A stretch of DNA of 64,000 bases from an uncultured Gammaproteobacteria bacterium (GTDB taxonomy: Bacteria > Pseudomonadota > Gammaproteobacteria > Steroidobacterales > Rariloculaceae), in the NCBI GenBank assembly GCA_964503125.1, contig CAZCZE010000064.1, positions 64,052 through 128,051 on the forward strand. The letters are read 5' to 3'. The first letter of the stretch is position 1; each line of letters opens with the position of its first letter. The position numbers and the translations under genes were made by a program. Positions 9,378-18,204 of the stretch are shown in pieces. Under the pieces are notes generated by a model, which was given only the letters and a program-made list of their open reading frames with translations, was not told the origin of the DNA and did no database searches.

Positions 9378-10285
9378 TGCGCGGCGTGAATCGCAGGACG
9401 GTCCTACACGGCGCGCTCGGCGTTGCCGCCGCCGCGGTCGTTCGCCCCGCGTTCGCCAAAGTCAGCGCGATCACCGACGAGCTGTCGTTGATCGGTGGCT
9501 TGGGCGGCAACGTCGTCGCGCTGAAGACGAGCGACGGCGCCGTGCTCGTCGACAGCGGCAAGGCCGGCGCGAACAGCCCGGTGTTCGGTTTCCTCGAGGC
9601 AGCGACTAGCAGCCGGCGTGTCCACACGCTGTTCAACACGCACTGGCACCTCGACCAAATCGGCGGCAATGAAGCGCTCGGGAACGCGGGCGCCAACATC
9701 GTCGCGCACGAGAAAACGCGGCTGCGTCTCGCCGTCGGCTACTACATGGCCGTAGAGGACCGCTATCGCCCGCCCGCGCCCGTGCAGGCGCAGCCGACCG
9801 AGAGCTTCTACACGACGGGCTCCACGACGATCGCCGGCAAGCGCATCGAGTACGGCTACCTGATCGAGGCGCATACCGACGGCGATGCCTATGTCTATTT
9901 CCGCGACGACAACGTCATCGCCGTTGGCGACGCAATAGCACCCGAGCGCGACGTCGAGCTCGACTGGTGGGGCGGCGGTTGGCTCGGCGGCCGCGTCGAC
10001 TCGCTGAAGCAGTTGCTCGATCTCACGAACGCGCAGACGAAGTTCGTGCCGAGCTACGGCGACGTCGTCGGTCGCGCCGCGGTGCAAGCCGAGCACGACA
10101 TGTGCGAGCTGCTCTTCGACCGATTCTTCGAGCGCATCCGCAAGGGCGAGACTAACGAGGACATGCTCGCAGCCGGCATCATGGAAGGCACGGGGCGGAC
10201 GTGGAATGACCCGGCCAAGTTCGTCCACGACGCGCACAAAGGCTTCTGGGGCCACAACAACACTTTGTCGCACGATATCGTATGA
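9377..10285 (+). CDS. secreted MBL-fold metallo-hydrolase-like protein (motif HWHLDQ)
   Basis: 302 aa with a signal/Tat-like N-terminus. FNTHWHLDQIGGN at 9641..9658 occupies the HxHxDH position; also AHTDGDAYVYF. One-nt start/stop overlap with DUF1552. Confidence 0.85.
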   Translation: MRGVNRRTVLHGALGVAAAAVVRPAFAKVSAITDELSLIGGLGGNVVALKTSDGAVLVDSGKAGANSPVFGFLEAATSSRRVHTLFNTHWHLDQIGGNEALGNAGANIVAHEKTRLRLAVGYYMAVEDRYRPPAPVQAQPTESFYTTGSTTIAGKRIEYGYLIEAHTDGDAYVYFRDDNVIAVGDAIAPERDVELDWWGGGWLGGRVDSLKQLLDLTNAQTKFVPSYGDVVGRAAVQAEHDMCELLFDRFFERIRKGETNEDMLAAGIMEGTGRTWNDPAKFVHDAHKGFWGHNNTLSHDIV

Positions 10286-11811
10286 GACACCTGACACTCG
10301 CTGTTTCGATTCTGCTTGCCTGCGCTGCGGCGCACGCACAGCGGCCGCTCGCGGATCTGATCCAGAACGGCGAGCGAGCCGCGGCGCTCGCAGCTATAGA
10401 CGACGGCGCCGACGTCAACGCGACGCAAGGCGACGGCACGACGCCGCTGCACTGGGCCGTCTACAAGGTCGACCGCGAGCTCGTCGCCGAGCTGCTCGAT
10501 CGCGGCGCGAAAGCCGACGTCACGAACAACTACGGCTCGAGCCCGCTCGCCGAGGCCGTGAAGCTCGGCGACTTCCCGCTGGTCCGGCAGTTGCTCGACG
10601 CCGGGGCCAACGTCGAATCGCCGAACGGCGACGGCCAGACGGCGCTGATGCTCGCCGCGCGCATTGGCGCACTCGACGTCGCGAAGCTGCTCGTCGAGCG
10701 CGGCGCCGACGTCAACGCGAAGGAGGCCTGGCGCGATCAGACGGCGTTGGTGTGGGCCGTCGACGGCAACTTCCCCGAGCTCACCGAGCTCTTGATCGAT
10801 AGCGGCGCGGACGTGAACGTGCGCGCGTCGGCCAACGACTGGGACTCGCAGATCACGTCCGAGCCGCGCGCTCAGTACCGCCCCGTCGGCGGCCTGACGG
10901 TGCTCATCTACGCCGCGCGTTCCGGCTGCACGCGTTGCGTGCGCTCCCTGCTTGCGGCCGGCGCCGATATCGATCAGCCGACGCCGGAAGGCATGACGCC
11001 GCTGATGATCGCGATCGACAACACGAGCTACGATACGGCGCGCCTGCTGCTCGACGAAGGTGCGAACCCGCACGTCTGGGATTGGTATGGCCGCACGGCG
11101 CTGTACGTGGCCGTCGACATGAGCAATCTCCGCGGGCGGCAGCCGCACCCGACGGCGTCGTCCGAAACGTCGGCGACGGACCTCGTCCGGCTGTTGCTCG
11201 ATGCCGGCGTCAATCCGAACGCGCAGCTCAACATGCATCGGCCGAGCCGCGGCGGAAACAGCGGCCGCTTCGCCGACGAGCTATTGACGACGGGCACGAC
11301 GCCGCTGCTGCGCGCCGCGATCGGCGCCGACATCGACGCGGCCCGCCTTCTTCTTGCGCACGGCGCGCTCGTCGATCTACCGAACGTTCACGGCGTGACA
11401 CCGCTGATGGCCGCGGCCGGACACGTCTCGGGACGCGATCGGCGGTTCGATGCCGAGCAGGCCCAAGTGCGGGCGATCGAGCTGCTCGATCTGTTCCTTG
11501 CCGCGGGCGCCGACATCGACGCCAAGATCACCGACAACCACAGCCGCACAGCGAACGTCGGGCGGCAGCCTAACGCCGTGACAGAGCGCGAGGGGCAAAC
11601 GGCGCTCTACGGTGCCGTGAAGTACGGCTGGACCGACGTCGTCGAGTACTTGCTCGCGAAAGGCGCGGATCCGAACGTCACCGACGCGCTCGGCAGAACA
11701 CCAGTCGACGCCGCACTCGGGCGAGTCGCCGGCCGCGACAACGTCGTCTCCGAGGAGATCGCGGCGCGGTTGCGCGCCGCGAGCGCCCGCGGCCCCATCG
11801 TCACGCGCTAG
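10282..11811 (+). CDS. ankyrin-repeat protein with signal peptide (copy 1)
   Basis: 509 aa. Signal MRHLTLAVSILLACAAAHAQ. Repeated G.TPLHWA...LL..GA..N ankyrin units throughout. ATGA overlap with the MBL gene. Confidence 0.9.
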   Translation: MRHLTLAVSILLACAAAHAQRPLADLIQNGERAAALAAIDDGADVNATQGDGTTPLHWAVYKVDRELVAELLDRGAKADVTNNYGSSPLAEAVKLGDFPLVRQLLDAGANVESPNGDGQTALMLAARIGALDVAKLLVERGADVNAKEAWRDQTALVWAVDGNFPELTELLIDSGADVNVRASANDWDSQITSEPRAQYRPVGGLTVLIYAARSGCTRCVRSLLAAGADIDQPTPEGMTPLMIAIDNTSYDTARLLLDEGANPHVWDWYGRTALYVAVDMSNLRGRQPHPTASSETSATDLVRLLLDAGVNPNAQLNMHRPSRGGNSGRFADELLTTGTTPLLRAAIGADIDAARLLLAHGALVDLPNVHGVTPLMAAAGHVSGRDRRFDAEQAQVRAIELLDLFLAAGADIDAKITDNHSRTANVGRQPNAVTEREGQTALYGAVKYGWTDVVEYLLAKGADPNVTDALGRTPVDAALGRVAGRDNVVSEEIAARLRAASARGPIVTR

Positions 11812-11987
11812 AACGCGATACGGGCTTCCGCCGCACGCATCACGCACTCGGCTCGGGGCGAACGTGTCCAAAGTTTTCTTGCGCGTGTCGGGAGACGCAC
11901 GGCGGACCCGGATCCTGGGCGGTCTCGGCGGGATGCGTGTGCTATAAATCGCCTCCGTCCCCCGGGGCTTAGAGACTTCGACGCGTC

Positions 11988-13088
11988 ATGTCGTGCATGG
12001 AACGCAGGCACCTGCTTTCGATCGCCCATCGCTCTAGGCGGGCGCGCTCCGGCGCGGCGCTCGCCGCGGCGGCGCTGGCATTGCTCTGCGGCGCCTGCAC
12101 GGACTCCGCGCCGGCAGCACGCGGCGGCGCCGCTACCGCGGCCACGGCCATTCCGGTGGTGACGCGGCCCGCGCTCATCGAGCCGATGGGCCTCGAAATC
12201 GAGGCCGTCGGCACCACGCAGGCCAATGAATCCGTCGAGGTGACCTCGAAGGCTTCGAACACCGTCACGGCGATCCGCTTCCAGGAAGGCGAGGAAGTCG
12301 CGCGCGGCGTCGTGCTCATCGAGATGGACGCGTCGCAGGTGCGCGCCAACCTCGCCGAAGCGCAAGCCGCGCTCGCGCGCAGCAAAAGCCAGTACGACCG
12401 CAGCCTCGATCTTCAGGCACGGCAGGTCCTGTCGGTCGCCGATCTCGAGCAGGTCGAGGCCTCGCTCAAAGCCGACGAAGCGCGCGTCGCGGCGGCGCAG
12501 GCGCGGCTCGACGACACCGTGATCCGCGCGTCGTTCGGCGGCCGGACCGGCTTCCGGCACGTCAGCGTCGGCAGCTTCGTGAGCCCGGGAACCGTGATCA
12601 CGACGCTCGACGACACGTCCGTCATCAAGCTCGACTTCACGGTGCCCGAGACCTACCTCTTCGTCCTGCGCCGCGGCCTGCCCGTGACGGCCCGCGCAAC
12701 GGGGTTGCCCGACCGCACGTTCACGGGCATCGTCACGAACATGGACTCGCGCGTCGATCCCGTCACGCGCTCGGTCCTGGTGCGCGCCGAGCTCCCGAAT
12801 CCCGACGGTATGCTGCGCCAAGGCATGTTCATGACCGTTGCTTTGCAAGGCGAAGTCGTGCCGACGCTGCTCGTGCCCGAGGAGGCGATCGTCCCCGAGC
12901 GCGGCCACACCTACGTGTTCGTCGTCCGCGACAGCGTCGTCGACCGCCGCGAAGTGCGCATCGGCAAGCGCCGCCCGGGCTTCGTCGAGATCGTGAGCGG
13001 CGTCGCGGAGCACGAGCGCGTCGTCGTCGACGGCACGCAGAACGTGCGCGACGGCAGCGTCGTTCAAGAAGTCGGCGGCGCGAGCTGA
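11988..13088 (+). CDS. RND efflux periplasmic adaptor (MFP/HlyD family)
   Basis: 366 aa with a lipoprotein-like signal (ALLCGAC). Coiled-coil hairpin (AEAQAALARSKSQYDR...ARVAAAQARLDDTVIRA) and beta-barrel blocks typical of MFPs. Immediately upstream of the RND permease. Confidence 0.9.
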   Translation: MSCMERRHLLSIAHRSRRARSGAALAAAALALLCGACTDSAPAARGGAATAATAIPVVTRPALIEPMGLEIEAVGTTQANESVEVTSKASNTVTAIRFQEGEEVARGVVLIEMDASQVRANLAEAQAALARSKSQYDRSLDLQARQVLSVADLEQVEASLKADEARVAAAQARLDDTVIRASFGGRTGFRHVSVGSFVSPGTVITTLDDTSVIKLDFTVPETYLFVLRRGLPVTARATGLPDRTFTGIVTNMDSRVDPVTRSVLVRAELPNPDGMLRQGMFMTVALQGEVVPTLLVPEEAIVPERGHTYVFVVRDSVVDRREVRIGKRRPGFVEIVSGVAEHERVVVDGTQNVRDGSVVQEVGGAS

Positions 13089-13091
13089 AGC

Positions 13092-16000
13092 ATGCGGATC
13101 TCGGAGCTGTCGGTTCGGCGGCCGGTCTTCGCGACCGTCTTGAGCATGCTCCTCGTGATCTTCGGCGTCGTGTCGCTGCAACGGCTCTCGGTCCGCGAGT
13201 ATCCCGACATCGACCGCCCCACGGTGTCGGTCACGACGGCCTATCGCGGCGCCTCGGCCGCAATCATCGAAACCAAGATCACGCAGATCATCGAGGACTC
13301 CGTCGCCGGCATCGAGGGCATTCTCAAGATCGAGTCCGACAGCGAGGACGAGCGCTCGCAGGTCCGCATCGAGTTCGACGTCGACCGCGACGTCGACGCC
13401 GCGGCCAACGACGTCCGCGACCGCATCGCACGCGTGTTGCGCGGCTTGCCGACCGAGGCCGATCCGCCGCAGATCGTAAAAGCCGACGCCAACGCGGACT
13501 CCGTCGTGACGCTCGCGTTCTCGTCGGACTCGATGTCGATGCTCGACCTCACGGACTACGCCGAGCGCAACATCGTCGACCGCATGTCGACCGTGCCCGG
13601 CGTCGCGAGCGTCGGCATCGTCGGCGGCCGCCGCTACTCGATGCGCGTCTGGATCGACCGCCAGGCGCTCGCGGCCCGCCAGCTCACGGTCACCGACATC
13701 GAAGACGCGCTGCGGCGCGAGAACGTCGAGCTGCCGGCCGGGCGGCTCGAGTCGCGCACGCGCGAGTTCTCGCTGCGCACGATGGTCGGCCTCGAGAACG
13801 AGCAGGATTTCCGCAACCTCGTTATCGCACGCGGCGCCGACGGCCACCTCGTGCGCCTCGGCGAGCTCGCCGACGTGCAGCTCGCCGCCGAGAACGAGCG
13901 CTCGTACAGCAGGCTCAATGGCCAGCCCGGCCTCATGCTGCAGGTGCAGGCCCAGTCGAAAGGCAACACGCTCGAGATTGCGCGCGGCGTGCGCGAAGAG
14001 GTCGAGCGGATGAAGGACAGCCTGCCGGCCGGCACGACGCTGAACGTCAGCGTCGACAACGCGTTGCCGATCGAGGCCGCCTTGCGCGAGGTCCTCATCG
14101 CCGTCGTCTTCGCGCTGTCGTCGGTGCTCGCCGTCATCTATCTGTTCCTCGGCAACCTGCGCGCCACGCTGATTCCGGCGGTGACGATCCCCGTATCCAT
14201 CGTCGCGTCGCTGACCGTCATGTACGCGCTCGGCTACTCCGTGAACGTGCTGACGCTGCTCGGCCTCGTGCTGGCGATCGGCCTCGTCGTCGACGACGCC
14301 ATCGTCGTGCTCGAGAACGTGCACCGCCGCCACGAGCTCGGCGAGCCGCGGCTGCTGGCGGCGATCACGGGCTCGCGCGAGATCGGCTTCGCCGTCATCG
14401 CGACGACGTTGACGCTGATCTCGGTGTTCGTGCCGATCTCGTTCCTGCCGGGCGATCTCGGAAGGCTGTTCCGCGAGTTCGGCTTCACGCTCGCGGCCTG
14501 CGTCGCGTTCTCGGCGCTCATCGCGCTGACGCTGACGCCGATGCTCGCGTCGCGCTTGCCGGAGCACGAGCACCGCAACCGCTTCGCGGCCGCGATGGAC
14601 CGGTTCTTCAAGCAGCTCGCGCGCTTCTACGAGCGTTGCGTGCGAGCGAGCGTCGGCCGGCCCTGGACGGTCATCGCCGTGCTCGCGGTGCTCATCGGCG
14701 TCGGCATCGTGACGTTCCGCTCCGTGCCGGCCGAGTTCACGCCGCAAGCCGACAAGGGCCGCGCGTTCATCGCCATCGAAGGCCCCGAGGGCTCGAGCTT
14801 CGAGTACATCGACGGTTACGCGCGCCAGCTCGAAGCGATCGCGCTTAGAGCGAGGGAAGGCGGTGAGATCCAGCGCGTGCTCGTGCGTGTGCCGGGACAG
14901 GGCGGCCAAGACTTGCGAACCGGCGACATCAACACGGCGCGCGCGTTCCTGATCTTCTCGGACTGGAGCGAGCGCGACCGCACGGCCCGCGAGATCATGG
15001 AACCCGTGCTCGCCGAGGCGCGCAAGCTGCCCGGCGTCCGCGTCTCGATGGGCCAGCCGGGCGGCCTCGGGCGCGGCGGCCTCCAGTCGCCGGTCGTCGC
15101 CGTCATCGGCGGACCCGACTACGAACGGCTCGCGGTCTGGTCCGACCAGATGCTGCAGCTCGCGCAGGCGAATCCGGGCCTCGCGAACGTGCAGTCGAAC
15201 TACAAGGAGCGCAAGCCGCAGATTCGCGTCTCGATCGACCGCGACCGCGCCGCCGACCTCGGCATCTCACTCGAAGGCGTCGGGCGCACGCTCGAGACCG
15301 TGCTCGGCTCGCGCATCGTGACGACTTACATCGACCGCGGCCGCGAGTACAACGTGATCCTCCAGGGCCGCGACGACATCCGCGAGACGACGACGGATCT
15401 CACGAACATCCGCGTGCGCTCCGGCCGCACCGACGAGCTGATCCCGCTGTCGAGCGTCGTGCGGCTCGAGGAGACGTCGGGCACGATGCAGCTGTCGCGG
15501 TTCGACCGCCTGCGCGCGATCAAGATCTCGGCCGACCTCGCGAACGGCTACACGATGGGCGAAGCCGTGCAGTGGTTCGAGGACGCCGTCGCGCGCGAGC
15601 TGCCGCCCGAGGCAACGCTCGACTGGGACGGCCAGACGCGCGAGTTCACGCGCACGGGCCAGCAGCTCTACTTCACGTTCCTGCTCGCGCTCGCGGTCGT
15701 CTACCTCGTGCTCGCCGCGCAGTTCGAAAGCTTCCTGCACCCCGTGATCATCATGGTCACGGTGCCGCTGGCGCTGCTCGGCGCCGTGTTCGGACTCAAG
15801 CTGTTCGGCCTCACGATCAACATCTTCAGCCAGATCGCCGTGATCATGCTGGTCGGCATCGCGGCCAAGAACGGCGTGCTCATCGTCGAGTTCGCGAACC
15901 AGCTCCGCGACCGCGGTGTCGCCTTCATCGACGCCGTCGTGCAAGCCTCCGTGACTCGCCTGCGGCCCGTGCTGATGACGAGCCTGTGCACGGCGTTCGG

Positions 16001-16244
16001 GGCCTTACCCCTGATGCTCGCGACGGGCGCCGGCGCCGAGCAGCGCCGGCCGATCGGCATCGTGGTGTTCTTCGGCGTAACGGTCGCGGTGTTCTTGACG
16101 CTGTTCGCCGTGCCGACCGTCTACGGGCTGTTGGCCAGAAAGACACGCTCGCCGCAGCACGTGAGCCGACTCGTCGATCGCCTGATGGGCGCGCCCGGCG
16201 GCGCTACGGGCGATGCCGTTCTCCGCGACGTCCGTCGCGACTGA
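13092..16244 (+). CDS. RND efflux permease (AcrB/AcrD/AcrF family)
   Basis: 1050 aa. MRISELSVRRPVFATVLSMLLVIFG start, two large periplasmic loops and 12 TM segments. Blocks GLVVDDAIVVLENV and AAKNGVLIVEFANQ. Confidence 0.95.
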   Translation: MRISELSVRRPVFATVLSMLLVIFGVVSLQRLSVREYPDIDRPTVSVTTAYRGASAAIIETKITQIIEDSVAGIEGILKIESDSEDERSQVRIEFDVDRDVDAAANDVRDRIARVLRGLPTEADPPQIVKADANADSVVTLAFSSDSMSMLDLTDYAERNIVDRMSTVPGVASVGIVGGRRYSMRVWIDRQALAARQLTVTDIEDALRRENVELPAGRLESRTREFSLRTMVGLENEQDFRNLVIARGADGHLVRLGELADVQLAAENERSYSRLNGQPGLMLQVQAQSKGNTLEIARGVREEVERMKDSLPAGTTLNVSVDNALPIEAALREVLIAVVFALSSVLAVIYLFLGNLRATLIPAVTIPVSIVASLTVMYALGYSVNVLTLLGLVLAIGLVVDDAIVVLENVHRRHELGEPRLLAAITGSREIGFAVIATTLTLISVFVPISFLPGDLGRLFREFGFTLAACVAFSALIALTLTPMLASRLPEHEHRNRFAAAMDRFFKQLARFYERCVRASVGRPWTVIAVLAVLIGVGIVTFRSVPAEFTPQADKGRAFIAIEGPEGSSFEYIDGYARQLEAIALRAREGGEIQRVLVRVPGQGGQDLRTGDINTARAFLIFSDWSERDRTAREIMEPVLAEARKLPGVRVSMGQPGGLGRGGLQSPVVAVIGGPDYERLAVWSDQMLQLAQANPGLANVQSNYKERKPQIRVSIDRDRAADLGISLEGVGRTLETVLGSRIVTTYIDRGREYNVILQGRDDIRETTTDLTNIRVRSGRTDELIPLSSVVRLEETSGTMQLSRFDRLRAIKISADLANGYTMGEAVQWFEDAVARELPPEATLDWDGQTREFTRTGQQLYFTFLLALAVVYLVLAAQFESFLHPVIIMVTVPLALLGAVFGLKLFGLTINIFSQIAVIMLVGIAAKNGVLIVEFANQLRDRGVAFIDAVVQASVTRLRPVLMTSLCTAFGALPLMLATGAGAEQRRPIGIVVFFGVTVAVFLTLFAVPTVYGLLARKTRSPQHVSRLVDRLMGAPGGATGDAVLRDVRRD

Positions 16245-16332
16245 TCTCGCCGCTATCCATACGAGAGAGCCCGGGAATCTCGCCCGAGCACGGTTCTAGT
16301 CCCCGTAACTCGAGCGAGATGCCGAACCGAAC

Positions 16333-17028
16333 TTAGGCCGTGGCCGGGGTCCCGTGGCCGTTGCCGTTCTCGTTCAAAAGCGCCTGCTCCTGGGTGTCCA
16401 CTGCGTAGTACAGCGACGCGAACGCGCAAGAAACCCAGAGCGAGGAGAAGAACGCGCCGATGATCAGCAAGCAGAGCCCGACGACGAACAGGAGGATCGC
16501 CATGAGGTACATCGCGAAGATGCGCCAGCCGTGGCCTCGAGTCATGGTCCAGCTCTTTTCGACGGCGGCCGCGGGATCCATGCCCTTGTCCATGACCAAA
16601 TAGGGCACGAACGCCAACCGGCACGCGAACACGATGCCCGGGACGATCAGCAAGATGATGCCGATGCCCACGATCGCGACTACGAGCAGGTTGGCCAGGA
16701 CGATGTTCAGGTAGTTCGTCTTGAAGCCATCGACGATCTCGCGAATGTCGGCGCGCTCATCTCGCATGTACTTGAGATAGATTCGAGCAGCGCCGAAATA
16801 GATCACGGGCAGGACTAGCAGCGAATACGCCGCCACGAGGATAGTCAGCATGATCGTCCCGCCGCTCGTGACGCCCCCGTCCCAACCTCCCGGGCCCCAC
16901 CCCCACCAGCTCGGAATATCTGCCACAGCGGCGATCAACCCCACGAGGAAGATGTGGAGGAAGTACTTCGTGAACTGCTGCCAACCGTGACCGTAACTAC
17001 GAAACAGCTTTGCTTCTGGTGCGCTCAT
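16333..17028 (-). CDS. multi-pass integral membrane protein (possibly DUF975-like)
   Basis: 231 aa with 5-6 hydrophobic segments and no catalytic motif. The family assignment is tentative. Confidence 0.75.
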   Translation of the reverse strand: MSAPEAKLFRSYGHGWQQFTKYFLHIFLVGLIAAVADIPSWWGWGPGGWDGGVTSGGTIMLTILVAAYSLLVLPVIYFGAARIYLKYMRDERADIREIVDGFKTNYLNIVLANLLVVAIVGIGIILLIVPGIVFACRLAFVPYLVMDKGMDPAAAVEKSWTMTRGHGWRIFAMYLMAILLFVVGLCLLIIGAFFSSLWVSCAFASLYYAVDTQEQALLNENGNGHGTPATA

Positions 17029-17097
17029 TTTGCGGCTCCTTACCGATGGTGATGAGTGGAGCCAACATAGGCGGTGGACCCAAGCAAAGCGTCCGAC

Positions 17098-17158
17098 TTT
17101 GGTAGTGATTTGGTAGTGTTTTAGTAGTGTTTTGGCCGATCCCTACCAAAGTAGTGTT
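17098..17158. promoter_or_regulatory. three phased 11-bp tandem repeats plus an inverted copy in a divergent intergenic region
   Basis: TTTGGTAGTGA (17098), TTTGGTAGTGT (17109), TTTAGTAGTGT (17120) and a partial TTTGG (17131). Then CTACCAAA (17143..17150), the reverse complement of TTTGGTAG, followed by GTAGTGTT. The block ends 37 nt upstream of the LuxR-family gene start. Confidence 0.5.
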
Positions 17159-17194
17159 CTGATTCGGCCGGTTTCCCTGGCATGATCGCGGCCC

Positions 17195-18154
17195 ATGCCG
17201 AGCTTGAGCCTGATCCTAGTCGTCACGTTCGTTTTCTGCCTGGCGATGACCGTTGCGGCCGTGCTGGTCAGCCGGCAACTCGTCAATACCTACAACAGCG
17301 ACGTTCACAAGCAGTTTTTCTACTACCTCGTGGCCTTCTACGGGTTCGCGTTTTACGCGATCTGGGGGCAAATCCTGGCGCGCGCCCTGCTCGCCTCGAT
17401 CGACACCGACGCCGCCGTCATCGAAGCCGTGGCCTCGTTCCTGCCCGTGCTCGGCGTGCCGTTCCTGTTCGTCTCCTGGGTCTTGCTGATCAACCTGGCG
17501 TTCGCGATGGCCGGCAAGGCGCCGCGCCGGGCGTGGCTGCTCGTGCACGGCATGATCCTGCTCGTGCTACTGCTCGGCGCGTGGCTGGCCTTGACCGTGC
17601 GCCGCACGCCGCCCGAGTTCCTCGACGCGAATCTGCAAGCCATCGAGGCCGCGGGCTTGACCGCCGTCGAGCTGCTCTATTTCGCGACGTTCCTCGTCAT
17701 CGCGTTCCGTGTCCCGGTGCGCGATGGTCAGGGCGGGCGCAAGGTCTTGATCGGGTTCGCGCTACTACTCGGCGCGGGTTTCTTGGTCCGGTCGCTGGTC
17801 AGCAGCTTGGTCCTGCTCGACGTGCGCTTCGGCGCGCCGGCGCTGCTCGTCTACTTCGGCTCGAACCTGGCCGCGCTCTTCTACCTGCGCGCGGGCTCCG
17901 ACGCCGCGTTCAAGCCCGTCAAGGCGGAGGCGCCGAGCGCCGCAGGCATGGCGCACGTGTTCGAGCGCCATGGAATCACGAAGCGCGAGAAGCAGATCGT
18001 GGAGAAGGTCTGCCTCGGCAAGACGAACAAGCAGATCGCCGACGAGCTGTTCATCAGCCTCCAGACCGTCAAGGACCACACGCACCGCATCTACTCGAAG
18101 CTCGGCGTGAAAAGCCGCATGCAGCTCGTCCAGCTCATGGACGTGGCCAAATGA
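17195..18154 (+). CDS. membrane-anchored LuxR-family transcriptional regulator
   Basis: 319 aa. About 6-7 TM segments fill the first ~230 aa. The C-terminal HTH (ITKREKQIVEKVCLGKTNKQIADELFISLQTVKDHTHRIYSKLGV) is a classic LuxR/GerE domain. Confidence 0.85.
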   Translation: MPSLSLILVVTFVFCLAMTVAAVLVSRQLVNTYNSDVHKQFFYYLVAFYGFAFYAIWGQILARALLASIDTDAAVIEAVASFLPVLGVPFLFVSWVLLINLAFAMAGKAPRRAWLLVHGMILLVLLLGAWLALTVRRTPPEFLDANLQAIEAAGLTAVELLYFATFLVIAFRVPVRDGQGGRKVLIGFALLLGAGFLVRSLVSSLVLLDVRFGAPALLVYFGSNLAALFYLRAGSDAAFKPVKAEAPSAAGMAHVFERHGITKREKQIVEKVCLGKTNKQIADELFISLQTVKDHTHRIYSKLGVKSRMQLVQLMDVAK

Positions 18155-18173
18155 CGCCCGCTTTCGCGGGCGT
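18154..18173. terminator. bidirectional stem-loop between convergent genes
   Basis: ACGCCCGC-TTTC-GCGGGCGT is a perfect 8-bp GC-rich stem. It overlaps the LuxR stop codon, between convergent genes. Confidence 0.5.
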
Positions 18174-18204
18174 CGCTTTCACAATCCGTGCCCGGTGCCT
18201 ACGC

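Noticed and set aside
11808-14909. Very long antisense ORFs. Examples: 11808..14909 (1033 aa), 6097..8016, 32045..33601, 36007..37776, 38728..40317, 44583..46016, 51703..54336 and 53..916.
   Set aside because: They lie opposite or out of frame to genes with clear family motifs. They translate to Arg/Ala/Gly/Pro-rich low-complexity sequence. They are the expected stop-poor shadow frames of high-GC DNA.
11988-16244. The RND adaptor and permease lack an adjacent outer-membrane factor, which could be an anomaly.
   Set aside because: Two-gene RND operons that borrow a TolC-like channel encoded elsewhere are common, so this is not unusual.
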